A DNA stretch of 64,000 bases, taken from positions 62,001 through 126,000 of the forward strand of contig NW_027590140.1 in assembly GCF_964213995.1 (NCBI RefSeq). Direction: 5' to 3'. The position numbers and the translations under genes were made by a program. Positions 12,467 through 23,870 of the stretch are shown piece after piece. The notes under the pieces are model-generated. The model was not told the DNA's origin, did not search any database, and saw only the letters and a program-made list of their open reading frames with translations. Within the stretch, counting starts at the first letter, position 1, and every line of letters starts with the position of its first letter. This DNA is from Mustelus asterias (lineage: Eukaryota).

Positions 12467-13636
12467 GTCTCAGCAAGGCAAGTGAGAGCTCCTCTCTACT
12501 GTGTAAAACCTCTCGCAGATGCAGCCACAATCAGCAGCGGCACTGTCAGCCGCTCAAACAAACACTGAGAGGAAACCACATGAACCTCGGATCAAACTGT
12601 CACTCAACTGTCTCCAGGAGAGGCCGAGAAAACAAACTGCAGTATCGTTTTAGGCCAACAGGCCCACCACATAATGAATGTGTCACTTAATTCGTCCCTT
12701 CTACTACTAATCAGCTCTGTATTCCTCTAAAATTAGATCTCCAAATATCCGTCAAACCTGGCCGTCAAGCGTCACACAAAAAGCAGACGTACAGTTCGCC
12801 ACGTTTGAGTGATGTCCTCTGATCCCGAAGTCCCTATTGGTCCTTTCCTGCATTTTCTGTGCCTGCCTATCATATTGAACATCCATCGTTCCATCTCCCT
12901 TTTCAGTTTCTGGGAGCCTTTGAGGGCGGGGAGTTCATAGCGTTTATTTGATCATTATTGCTACATTCGAGACATTTTGCACACCTTGGACACATTTCAT
13001 AAGGCTGTGACATTGATTTCTCAAACAAGCCTGAAGTACACAGCAGCCAATTTCCACATCTCCCTGACTGTCTCCACCGAGTACTAGGGTAGCATTACAC
13101 TTCATATCATATCCGCCTTATTCATCTGTTTCTCGCTACTCCTTATTTCTGCAAATCAGATTAATATTTCAATCCTGTTAAGGAAACATTGTGAAATTCA
13201 CTGGCCATTGGTGTAAATCTGTACAAGGGGCTTGTTTGAATGATCAAAATTAAAACGTTGTGAAATCTGTTCAGTTTTCATAAACTGCCTCTGACCCAAA
13301 TTCTGATCAAATAAAAGCGCAGAACTGACCTCGGGTCAAAGGTTCCAGAAATCTGACAGGGAAGATGGAGAAGGGTTGTTCGGTGTTACAGACAGGTATG
13401 GAAACAGCTTCAAAACACCAAGTGAACTAAACAGATCAAATACATTTATAAAGGCGAGCTTTATTATGAACGTGAGTTAAAATCAACTAATTAAATTCCG
13501 CAAGTGTTCCTCGCTCCTTCTTATGGATGGTTATATTTTGTTTTTTGGGAGGTCCCTATGACTCTCATTAGGTTTAATTATTGCTCCTATTTATCTGTGT
13601 GACAGCGCCATCTGCTAACTGAAACTCCCATTGTGA

Positions 13637-14108
13637 GGATTTTTCCCGCTCCATCTCTGCAGCTGTCTGTGCTCCATTGCACAGAAGTACACGGCAGTAT
13701 CCGACAGAAGAGCCCGGCCGATATTTAAAGGAACTGTTTTGTTTCTCTTCGGTAAATCTGCAGAGAACCTCTCTGGTAAGTTTGGGAACCTGTCTTCACC
13801 CTCTAAGCTATATATGTCTCTTCAGCAATATCTCGGAGCTTCCGCGGAATACTGCATCTACCAGAGTAGAGTTGGGGTAGTGTAGGTTGTCAAGTAACGG
13901 CAGTCCAGACCACACTGCCCTTCCCGAATTGCTAATTGGGAATGAGCCTGGAACACTGAATTTTCGCCACTCATTCCTGTCACACAAATACAGAATGGCT
14001 CAAAAGTCAGGGTTTAAAAATGACCACTGGATGACATGGTTACCATTTAATAATGGACCCGCCAGGCAGCAAGATCATTATTATCAGTAAGGAGCTTGGG
14101 GAACAGAT
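13637..14108 (-). pseudogene. TCR V pseudogene (third family; leader 14063-14108, V exon 13672-13976)
   Basis: MSGENSVFQ...LDCRY...TLLW*MQ...LPERFSADL...LLSDTAVYFCAME; start ATG changed to ATC, stops, degenerate RSS CACAGAC...AAAAATCC; GC donor. Confidence 0.85.
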
Positions 14109-15014
14109 GGTTTCCGTATATTGACCTCGATAGAAAGTAACAGAATGATCTAATTCTGCCGATGATTCCAAACTAGTGTGAAGGGTAGCCCCGATTATAA
14201 TCTGGTTTAATTTTAGAGAAACTGAGGGGCGTTTCCCAGGGACAGGATTGGCTACTCTGCCAGAACTGATGGATATTCCCCGCCAATAAATGAGCTGTAA
14301 AAATCACGTTTTCTGATTAGTTTTGTGTCTCATGTGACTTTCCTCATAACTCTGTCTTATTGCCTCTGTCTCTCATTTATACCAACCGCTCCTTTTTGTA
14401 AACCTCCTTAAAATGACTGGAAATTAATTCGAATAATTCAAAGGGTGACGCCTGAGTTTGACAAACTCGACAAGCAAAGTTACCCGAAATAACCAGCAGG
14501 TGGCGCGACCGTCATTGCGGAGTTTTCACATCGCTACCTGACAATCAATGTGCCCTTTCTATTTGTCTCATTTAATGAAACCGTCATTACTAGAGACCAT
14601 GAGAATGGCGGTGTAAATAAGAAATATGTAGCTAAAGTTAACGACATACATTTAAGATCACGTGTGTTCTCTGCACTTGGATTGGTTGGAAATGGATAAT
14701 GTTCACCACATTTAAGCAGTGATCCTGCCTTGCTGATCAGCCCCACTTCTCGCCATCAGCAATTGCTGAAGCGATTGATTCCGCTGCTGTCTGTACCCCG
14801 TCAAAGATGGTGAAGGCAAAAGTAGCGGAGCAGATCATGGCTGCATTTGGCGTTTCATTGACAGTCATCCAGTGGAGCAGCACCACCTTATCCTCACTGC
14901 TCACATCCGCGCAGCGAAGTGTGTAAACCACCAAAGAAATTCTGTAAATTCAGAACATTTGCAGATCGTGCGATGGGTCATTCACCCCATCGTGCGTGCT
15001 TGGCTGTCATTAAG

Positions 15015-15335
15015 TGGTACAGTGGTGTCAAGGTGGTTAGCACTGCTGCCTCATAGTTCCAGGTATCCGGTTTCAGTTCCAGGCAACGTGGAGTTTGCAG
15101 ATGTTCCCAGTGTCTGTGTGGGGTGCCCCTTTTCCTCCGACAGTTCAATGATGTGCAGGTTAGATGCATTTAGCATGCTAACTTGTCAAAAGTTTGTGGG
15201 TTAGAATAAATAGCCACGAAAAATCTGTGGTGTTACGGTGATGGAGCAGGGGAGAAGACCAGGAAAATATACTCTGTCGGAGAGTCGCTGCAGACTCGAA
15301 GGTTCTGATGGCCTCCTTTTGCACTGTATGGATTC
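15015..15335 (+). mobile_element. HE1-type SINE (diverged)
   Basis: GTGGTTAGCACTGCTGCCTCA head and GGCCTCCTTTTGCACTGT tail. Confidence 0.7.
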
Positions 15336-16079
15336 GAAGACAATTATTGATCTTTTCATCAACTGCATTCCCTAAACTCCATATTCCTTATGCAAACGTA
15401 ATTGGAGCAGCGCTGGTAAGCTTACTTCCAGCAATCTAGCTCAAACATACGTGAGAGTTTCTTTGTTGAATTTTCAGTCATCTACCTGAATCACTCAAAC
15501 ATTCTGGTTCACTGCGTACCATTCAGGATACCTGTCACTGAATCAAGCGGTTAGCTGATTTCCGTCAAACACTAACTCATCTCGAACCTCTTAATGAGGA
15601 AGTATGATCTGTATTGCTGAACGTTCCCCTCCAGTTATTTCTCGGATCTGATCTGCTTTCTTCCCGACTACAAGATACAATAGCAAACCTTCCCTTGTTG
15701 GTGTTTTTTCCAACATTTCGGATTATATAAGCATCTAAAACCAATCGTAGAAGCTATTCGGTTACCTCCTTTACCGACTTCTTGCATAGAATTAATACGA
15801 GACAATATATATCTCCATTACTATTGTTGCATAATTTGTCTGCATATTTCTTCCACTATCTTCCTTCCCGGTGCAGAGACATGGTGAGGGACACAATAAG
15901 TTCAGATACAGGGTTGTCGAGGTGAAGACCTATAGAGTGACACGAAGATATACAGAGTCAAAAAGATACTGAGAAAGAAACTCCTGATATTGAGTTTGGT
16001 GTAACGGTTAAAATGCACTCAGTGTAAACGTTTGCATCCCATCTTCTGATTCTGATTCGCACGCTGTCTCTCAAAGGCA

Positions 16080-16280
16080 ATAAAGAAAGACTTCCATTTA
16101 TATACCGCCGTCCATGACATCAGGACTTCACAAAGAGCTTTACGCCCAAAGAAGTCTTCGAATTTTCATCACTGTCTTAATATAGGAGACGTGGCAGTTA
16201 ATCGGCGCGCTTCAAAATCCACAAAGAACAAAGTGATAATCAGGTCATCGATTTTAGTGATATAGATTGGAGGGCTGATG
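16080..16280 (-). mobile_element. DeuSINE (SacSINE1/AmnSINE-like) fragment
   Basis: ACTTCCATTTATATACCGCC...CAGGACTTCACAAAGAGCTTTAC...GTGGCAGTTAAT resembles the DeuSINE 3' region as I recall it; a further piece at about 57175-57310. Confidence 0.55.
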
Positions 16281-16828
16281 GAAAGTGACATCTGTCAGAA
16301 AACCTGTCATTCTGTCATCTAAGTTGCCATTTCCGCTCATCGGTCGCACAGATATACATTCAAGTTCTCATTTCAGGTTTTGGCTCATTTAGTTCCACTG
16401 TTGAGGTGGAGGGTGGGTGATGCACTTTTATAGGAAAGTTCAGTAGATCCGCAATGAGTCTCGATTCCCTCATATGCCTGAGTGTTTCCCCCCCCTATTT
16501 CTTTGTTGTGAAGAACGATTTTAAAAAAAGAATCTTCTGGCAAATATGCGCCATTTCCCATAGATCACTTACAATATCACTTGTGTCAGTCTTCTATTAG
16601 AAAAGTTTCAGATGGTGATTCACGATGTTAGTCTGCACCTATAATCCCATTAAATTCTGTTGTACAATGAGTCTGTCAAAAAACTATCAGCATTAATTAT
16701 TTTACGGTTAATATTTGCCGAGGTCAGAGCAAAGATAATATGGTTCTAACATCGAGATTCGGATAATTTTGAGCAACGAACTGCAATCATACGGATTTTG
16801 CCCACTCGATATGAAAAAGTTTAAGGAA

Positions 16829-16890
16829 TGTTTCGAACCGCGGCCCTTTCGCATGTGAGGCGAACGTGATAACCACTACAATACAGAAAC
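16829..16890 (-). pseudogene. tRNA-Val(CAC) pseudogene with 3' deletion
   Basis: Reverse complement GTTTCTGTATTGTAGTGGTTATCACGTTCGCCTCACATGCGAAAGGGCCGCGGTTCGAAACA; the CGGGCGGAAAC segment is missing. Confidence 0.85.
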
Positions 16891-18035
16891 AGCTGGCAAC
16901 AGCTTAAAACAAATGGGCCTGTCTGCAATGTTCAACTGCGCTGTGTTGCTGCAGATTCCAATGGTTCGACTGAGTGCCAATGTCACTTAAATCGGCAGAC
17001 AACCGTTACTTTCAACCTGATTGCTCAACTTAACTTTAACGTCAAAGTTTAAAAGCGTTCGTCCATCATTTTTCTAAGGGAGCAAAGATTTCGGCTCATT
17101 CATTAATTTTCATCTTTCTTCGAATAATCTCAACCAATTGTACTCAGTAATAAAAGCAAATTACTGAGGATGCTGGAATCTGAAACCAAAAGAGGAAATG
17201 CTGGAAAACCTCACAAGCATCTGTAAGAAGAGAAAGGAGCTGACGTTTCGTGTCCAGATGACACTTCATCAACGCTCATTGTACAATTGTACTCAGTATT
17301 TGTTTCAATATTTAGTATCAACGCATTATTTAACACACGTCTTCATGATGAATTGAATATCTCTGAAATTGAATATCACTCAATTGCAAACATAACTGAC
17401 CACCAAATGAATCGAGTCACCGGGTAATACAGATCGCAATTTTGAGAATGACCATAGTCAGCTTTTAAACAAAGTCAATTACATTTAAATGGAAGGGATT
17501 GAAGAATTATCTCTTAGTTACACTTGAGCCTTTTTTTGTCATGGGCGCGAAACATTCAGACGCATGAATTCCGGCCATCTATGGGAAAGTCCAGTAGATC
17601 CGCACTGAGTCTCGATTTCCTCATCTGTCTCAGTGGCTTTTCCAATTTTTTGCTATGAAGAACGATATAAAAACTCTTCTGGGAAATGTGCGCCATTTCC
17701 TCTGGTTTACTTACAGTATCACTTGTGTCTGTCTTTTTGAGCACACACTACTATTTGTCATGTTCCAGATGGTGATTATGTCATTCTGCACTGATAGACC
17801 CATTAAATTCGGTTGTAGACTGAACGACATGCGAATATGTACACGTTGTCAAAGTCGAAAGGTTTCTTTCCTGTCAGTGCGTCAAGAAATATCAGCATTT
17901 CTTATTTTACAGAAAGCATTTGAGGCTCAGGTTAGAGCAAAAATAATTTGGCTGTCACATCAAAGTTCGGATAATGTTGAGCAACGAACTGAAATCATGC
18001 AGATTTCTTCACCCGACATGAGAAAACTTAATGAA

Positions 18036-18092
18036 CGTTTCCCCCCGGGGACCTTTGGCGTGTGAGGCGAACGTGATAACCACTATAGAAAC
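18036..18092 (-). pseudogene. tRNA-Val(CAC) pseudogene with T-loop deletion
   Basis: Reverse complement GTTTCTATAGTGGTTATCACGTTCGCCTCACACGCCAAAGGTCCCCGGGGGGAAACG; the TTCGAAA loop (B box) is deleted. Confidence 0.8.
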
Positions 18093-19003
18093 AGCTGGCA
18101 GCAAACTCCAGCAAATCTATCTATCTGCAATGTTAACTGCGCTGTGTTTCTGCAGGTTTCAATGGCTTGACTGAGAGCCCATGTCACTTGTTTCAGGAAG
18201 AAAACCGTTACTTTCAATCTGATTGCTCGCATTATCTTGAACTTCAAAATTTAAAAGCGTTCGTTTGGCAAATATCTACGGGACCAATGATTTCTGCTCA
18301 TTCATTAATGCATCCAGTCTCATCGTCCATTGAAAATTCTCAACCGATTGTGCTCATTAATAAAAGCAAATTACTGAGGATGCTGGAATCAGAAAACAAA
18401 AGAGAAAATGCTGGAAAATCTCACGTGGTCTGGCAGCATCTGTGAGGAGAGAAAGGAGCTGACGTTTCAGATCCAGATGGCACTTTATCAAAGCTCATTG
18501 TACAATTGTACTCAGTATTTGTTTCAATATTTAATATCAATGCATTATTTAACACATATGTCACAGTTTAACACAGAAAACATCGCTATCACCGGCTCCT
18601 GTGAGATCGAGTCTGCAGCAATGACACCTGCAGAAATTTAGAAACATCAAGCGTTAAGATGTCATTATCATTTGATTGTAAATAATAGCATTAGGGAACG
18701 GATCACATTGTAATTTGCAACAAAGCGAAATTAAATTAATGTCGAAGTTGCTTGCAAGAGGAAGATTGTGTAAATTGTTGACTGACCAAGTAAGAGAGCT
18801 GAAACAGTGAGAACTTAATACAAAACGAGACCCTACATGTTAGCAGCAAGTTTATTGCGGAATTAAACAGAATGGGTGAACCTGTAATTGTTTCTGTGAA
18901 GATATTCACATATATCCGGTCTCTCCAGCGATTGGTTCATTCCTGAAAGAATCAACTGGTGACGTCTAATCAGCTCCACGGCCTCCTGTTCTCCAATTCA
19001 TCC

Positions 19004-19117
19004 GTCACCTGATGAAGGCGCAGCGCTCCGAAAGCTCGTGCTACCAATTTTAACCTGGTGTTGTGAGACTACTCATTGTGCCTACCCCAGTCCAACGCAG
19101 GCAACTCCACATCATGG
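19004..19117. mobile_element. Short Penelope-like repeat insertion with 11 bp TSD
   Basis: Flanked by CCAATTCATCC at 18993-19003 and 19118-19128; reverse complement of the 5016-5160 element. Confidence 0.7.
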
Positions 19118-20451
19118 CCAATTCATCCAATCAGCTCACAGACCCTTTGATCTCCAATTCATTACGTCAGAGCAGCTTCAGCGAATCAGTCAAGTTGTTT
19201 TTTAGAGAGACGAGAATTCACTGCAATATTGGCCCCTTACACAGCGTGGGAGGTGATGGCCGTGAGGGGAAACAGTTAATGTTGTTGTAACAATGTCGGA
19301 AGTTCCAATTCGATAGTTTCAATATTTTGCATATCTCTTTTCATATTATATCAAATTGAAAACATACACAACTAAGAACCAATGTCCCAAAATACCTTTT
19401 TTTGATTTTGGGATGCCTCGCATTTAACATCAGCGGGGTTCTTATCAAACATCACAGCAGCGGGTGGGGGCGGTGGAGGGGGAAGGGGTATGGTTCCATA
19501 GATTGATCTTCCAGATTCAATATCATCGAGGAGATTCTGAACAGGCGTTGGAGTTTGGCGACTCGGGGATTTTCACAGTAACTTAATTTCAGTGTGAATG
19601 TAAGCCTACTTGTGACTAATAAATAAACTTTATACTTGCCTCAGAATGTTCCTGGAAACATCTCTTTTCTCAGGGAATCCATCTCCGGCCTCAGAATTTA
19701 TATTTATCTAAATTAACTGCATCTAACACTCGTAGGCAATGAGTTTCTGGTTCTTAGCGCTCGCTGCGGAAAAATGTTCCTTCCAAATCTTCTCTGCGCC
19801 CGCCTTGCCAAAAATCTTTAAATTTGCCTCTTCCCCCTCAAAACTTATCCTAATTTAGTCCACCTCGATTAAATCACTCCTCAATCTTCTTCACTCAAAT
19901 GGAGAATAATCGCAGGGTCATAAACCTCGCTAATTTTAACTTTTCTAAACTAAACTTACTTCAAAGAAATTCCTCAATGGAATTTAACTAGAATTTCTCA
20001 ACTTTTGAAAAAACATTTCGATGGAACTTGAGTATTTTGTGAACTTCTTTCTACGAAAGATATTTAAATTAAATTCCTTCGCAGAGTTTTACAAATTTTC
20101 ATCAACTTATTAGAAACTATTTTCACCATTTTCAAAAATGTAAGATTTCCACGTTATTTATCTAGAAATTCCCAACTTTTTAAAAGATAGCTTAAAATAC
20201 TTTTTCCAAATAATTTCACGAAAATTCGTAATTTAAAGAAAATAATTTAAACATACTCAATGAAAGTTTATCAGTGGAATCTTACTTAAAATGGCCAACT
20301 TTCTTTTGAAAATTAATGACCTAAGATAAATTTCTTCATAGAAGGTGACTGGATTGAGTAAACATTTGTCTGAATTGGTTCAAAGTTACTGAAAATACAT
20401 TTTTTCATCGAAACTGAAATGGAGTTTACGAACTATTTTTAAAATTTACAG

Positions 20452-20524
20452 CGAGCCAGCCAGGAGTCGAACCTGGAATCTTCTGATCCGTAGTCAGACG
20501 CGTTATCCATTGCGCCACTGGCCC
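20452..20524 (-). tRNA. tRNA-Arg(ACG), intact
   Basis: Reverse complement GGGCCAGTGGCGCAATGGATAACGCGTCTGACTACGGATCAGAAGATTCCAGGTTCGACTCCTGGCTGGCTCG, the canonical 73 nt vertebrate Arg-ACG; T4 terminator about 7 nt downstream. Confidence 0.97.
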
Positions 20525-20924
20525 ACATACGTGGAATTTGCAACATTTGCTACATATTGGCCAGACGGTTCAAAGCCGGGCAGAAACCAATACGTTTAAG
20601 TGAGGAAAGGTTGCTTAATTAATATTTTATTTACTGCCATCCCTAATGGCCCTTGAATTCAGTCAATCTGCTGTGTTGGAATTCAGCCTGCTTCTCTGCG
20701 TTTAATTTCCAGCGACAGTAACACGACTCAACCCCTAACTACTCCCTCTGTGAATCCACTGCCGAACATTACCCGAGTAGAATATCTTACAATCAAAGAC
20801 ATTGGCTCTTAGTTATGCCTAAAAATACATTCAGGGAAAAAGAGAAGTGCTGAAAATTCACAACAAAATGAACAGGAAAGAAGATGCGCTTATTGTGACT
20901 CAGGAGACATTTTATCAGTTCGAG

Positions 20925-21380
20925 GTGGCTACAAGAGCAGGTCAGAGGCTGGGAAACCTGCGGCGAATAACTCACCTCCTGACTCCCAAAAAACAGACCA
21001 CGATCTACAAGGCACAAATCAGGAGTGTGATAGAATACTTTCCACTTGTCTGGAGGATGCAGGAATTCACCAAACGCACATTAGACAGCACCTTCAAAAC
21101 CCAAGACCACTACCACTGGCAGGTTTGCCCCCACTCCCCCGATCCACTGCATACCCCCCCCCTCCCCCCCGCACCTCAAGTCACTCAGCATTCTGATTTG
21201 GAAATATATCACCGTTCCTTCACAGTCATTGGGATAAATTCCTGGAATTCTCTCCCTAACAGCACTGTGGGTGTACCTACACAAATACACTGCAACGTTT
21301 CAAGAAGACAGGTCACCACCACATTCTCAAGGGTAATTACTGATGGGCAGTCCATGCTGATCTAACCAAGCGACACCCAC
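20925..21380 (+). mobile_element. CR1/L2-clade LINE 3' fragment
   Basis: RAGQRLGNLRRITHLLTP..TIYKAQIRSVIEY and SWNSLPNSTVG. Confidence 0.75.
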
Positions 21381-21779
21381 ATGAACAAAAAGAAACATCC
21401 AGCCAGTTCCCCGAACCCGCAGTCATGGGGTCAGCTGAAGAGGTGAATGGGGATAAAATGAATGTCCAGTTGCATAGCCAACCCTGTTGAACGTATCTTG
21501 ATTGTCTATCGAATGTGTTGTGCTGATAGATTCCCCGCAGTTTGTGCTCAGGTTCTCAAACTAAACCCCATGAGAACCAATCCCTTCATCTGCACCGCAA
21601 AGAAATAAACAAAATCTGCAATTTATAGAATCTCATAGAATTTTGTGGGAGAGGACGCCACAATGGTTAGATCTGCTGCCTCAGCATGCCAAGTACGTTG
21701 TTTCGATTCCTGGTTTAGTCACTATCTGTGATGATGAAGATTTGCAGCTTTTACAAGCTGCAGCAATAGCACGAATGCA

Positions 21780-21852
21780 ACCCCATTGCCGTAATGGGTA
21801 AGATACTGGCTTTATAAACCACGGGTTGTGTACTCGAGTCCCATCTGGAGTG
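21780..21852 (+). pseudogene. tRNA-Arg(CCT)-derived pseudogene (anticodon drifted to TAT)
   Basis: CCCCATTGCCGTAATGGGTAAGATACTGGCTTTATAAACCACGGGTTGTGTACTCGAGTCCCATCTGGAGTG aligns without gaps to Arg-CCT; stems and B box damaged. Confidence 0.75.
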
Positions 21853-21933
21853 TAGATATCAAACGGTTAGGTGTCCAACGCTGGCAAATGCATTTCCTAT
21901 AGACCCTGGCTGTTTCTGGGAAGATGCATTTTG

Positions 21934-22057
21934 GGTTAGCACTGCTGCCTCACAGCGCCAGGGTCCCAGGTTCAATTCTTGACCTCGGGTCACAGTATGT
22001 GTGGAGTTTGCACTTTCTCCCTGTAGTTTCCTCCGGGTGCTCCGGTTTCCTCCCATA
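21934..22057 (+). mobile_element. HE1-type SINE fragment
   Basis: GGTTAGCACTGCTGCCTCACAGCGCCAGGG...CTCCGGTTTCCTCCCA. Confidence 0.8.
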
Positions 22058-22410
22058 GTGATCTATCTAGATAGATAGTTATATAGTATGCTGCCTTCTG
22101 TTAGGCTTTATATATGTGCTTGTATATAATGCAGTATACTGCAGATTCTGTAAATCTGAAATAAAAACAGAAAATGCTGGGTTATTTCAGTAGTTCTGGC
22201 AGTATCTGCGGAGCGAGAAACAGAGTTAACGTTTCCAGTCCAGATGTCAGATGGCCAACCCGGACACGATGGGCCGAAGGGCCCCTTTCCGTTCTGTAAA
22301 ACTTTGTGCCTCTATGATCCTTTTTCGGAGTTGGCCAGCGGAAAGCAATCCCGCCGTTTGCACCCGAAACAAATCACAATACCTGACTTGGTCAAAAGGA
22401 GGCAATTAAA

Positions 22411-22501
22411 GGGCTCGTCTAGGATTTGAACCCGGAACCTCCCGCATGTCTCATCGACTAAAATACCCGAAGCAATAATCATGCTCTTCGACCAACCAAC
22501 C
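22411..22501 (-). pseudogene. tRNA-Pro(CGG) pseudogene containing a 19 nt intron-like insert at position 37/38
   Basis: Reverse complement GGTTGGTTGGTCGAAGAGCATGATTATTGCTTCGGG|TATTTTAGTCGATGAGACA|TGCGGGAGGTTCCGGGTTCAAATCCTAGACGAGCCC; the 36+36 nt exons align to vertebrate Pro-CGG with stem mismatches. Confidence 0.85.
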
Positions 22502-23146
22502 TACCCAAAAGCAAGCGTAAGCAAAATATAGCTCATTTCTCTTTCGCCAATGCAGTTTAGCCATCTCTGATGAAAGCCGACATTGTTGAAATAATCCACC
22601 ACATCAGCATTTGTGGACTTAAAGCTCCAGCAAAATATCCGCCCAATATTGCTAACTCGACTGGGCGCTTTTGTGTATAAAGTACACATATTACCCGTCA
22701 GGCTACACAAAGAATGCCGAGTGCCAAGCTGAACGAACGAGAATATTTGCAGTATATCAACAGTAATATCAACTTTGAAAACTCATAATATATCTCGTGA
22801 AACAATATAAGTTTGCTATCAATGCTAAAATATTTCTGTTCCGACATTTGCTCTTTTAATTACATTTTCTCAATAATGTTACTGGCCACGACTGGAGACT
22901 GCAAATAGCCCCGAGCCTGAACGCAACATGGTATCGTCCTGCCCTCTGGTGGCAGAGATATGGAACTACAAAATGCAGCTTTCTCCCACCTATGAATCTT
23001 CAAGACTCATGTTTGTGTTCGACAATTTCCGTCGATTAATTCTTCCGCGTTTTTATTTATTCCCCTTTTCAAATCTGAGACTGCACCTCGGGTGTAGAAT
23101 CATTTTTCATGAATCTACCTCTTCTGGAAAAGGCAAACTTTTCCAG

Positions 23147-23240
23147 ATGTGGCTCATGGAGACTCTGTCACTCAGCCGCGGTCCGCAGCAGTTAAAACAG
23201 AAGAACAGGTGACTTTAAAATGGAGTTATAATACCACATT
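23147..23240 (+). pseudogene. 5' fragment of a TCR V exon
   Basis: ttccag|ATGTGGCTCATGGAGACTCTGTCACTCAGCCG (VAHGDSVTQPRSAAVKTEEQVTLKW), truncated. Confidence 0.72.
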
Positions 23241-23870
23241 TTACCCTCTGAAAAGGGCAACATTCTGAACAGGTCAATAAAGTTACTTTTCGTACCTCCC
23301 TTGTTATAAGCCAAAGAAACCAAATTAGTCTGTTAATCCCTGACACTATTCTGATTTGTAACCAATTTGTCCAAACTATGGGTGTTCTCCCGATTTTGTC
23401 GTCCCAGGATTTGAACAGCGAACTCCAGCCATGATTTTCACAGATTTAGCATCATTTTCCCAAATAAATATCAACAGTCACAAAGACCGTGTCTAAAGAG
23501 CCGTAATTTAGATTTTTCGGCAGCATGTGTGTCTTGTTCTGTATTGTAGTGAGGAACCCAGTCAACAGCCTAATTCCAGCGCGCAGAACCCGCCACCAGA
23601 GAGCGCCACATTCTAGCCTGGGTGCCAGAAACTCACGTGATATTATCACTGACACCTGCATGGATGGTAGGCTTGTGAGGTCACAATAGACACAGCCCCC
23701 CCCCCCCCAACACCCACAAACACAGACACATAAACTCACACTGACCCACGCACACTGACACTCTCACAAACACACTCACTGCAATGAGCTGAACAGAGCC
23801 CGGGTTCCCTCTCTCCTTCTCAATCTCTGACTCACTCCGTTCCCATTCAGTGAGATAGATTCACTCAGAC

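Larger units (their letters stand above)
16432..18560. repeat. Tandem duplication of a ~1.15 kb unit carrying a tRNA-Val pseudogene
   Basis: GGAAAGTYCAGTAGATCCGCAMTGAGTCTCGATT at about 16433 and 17584; both units share the tRNA remnant and an inserted short repeat; third partial copy at 7200-7960. Confidence 0.88.

Noticed and set aside
21780-21852. Possible anticodon-switched tRNA (Arg body, TAT anticodon)
   Set aside because: Many stem and B-box mismatches indicate neutral decay
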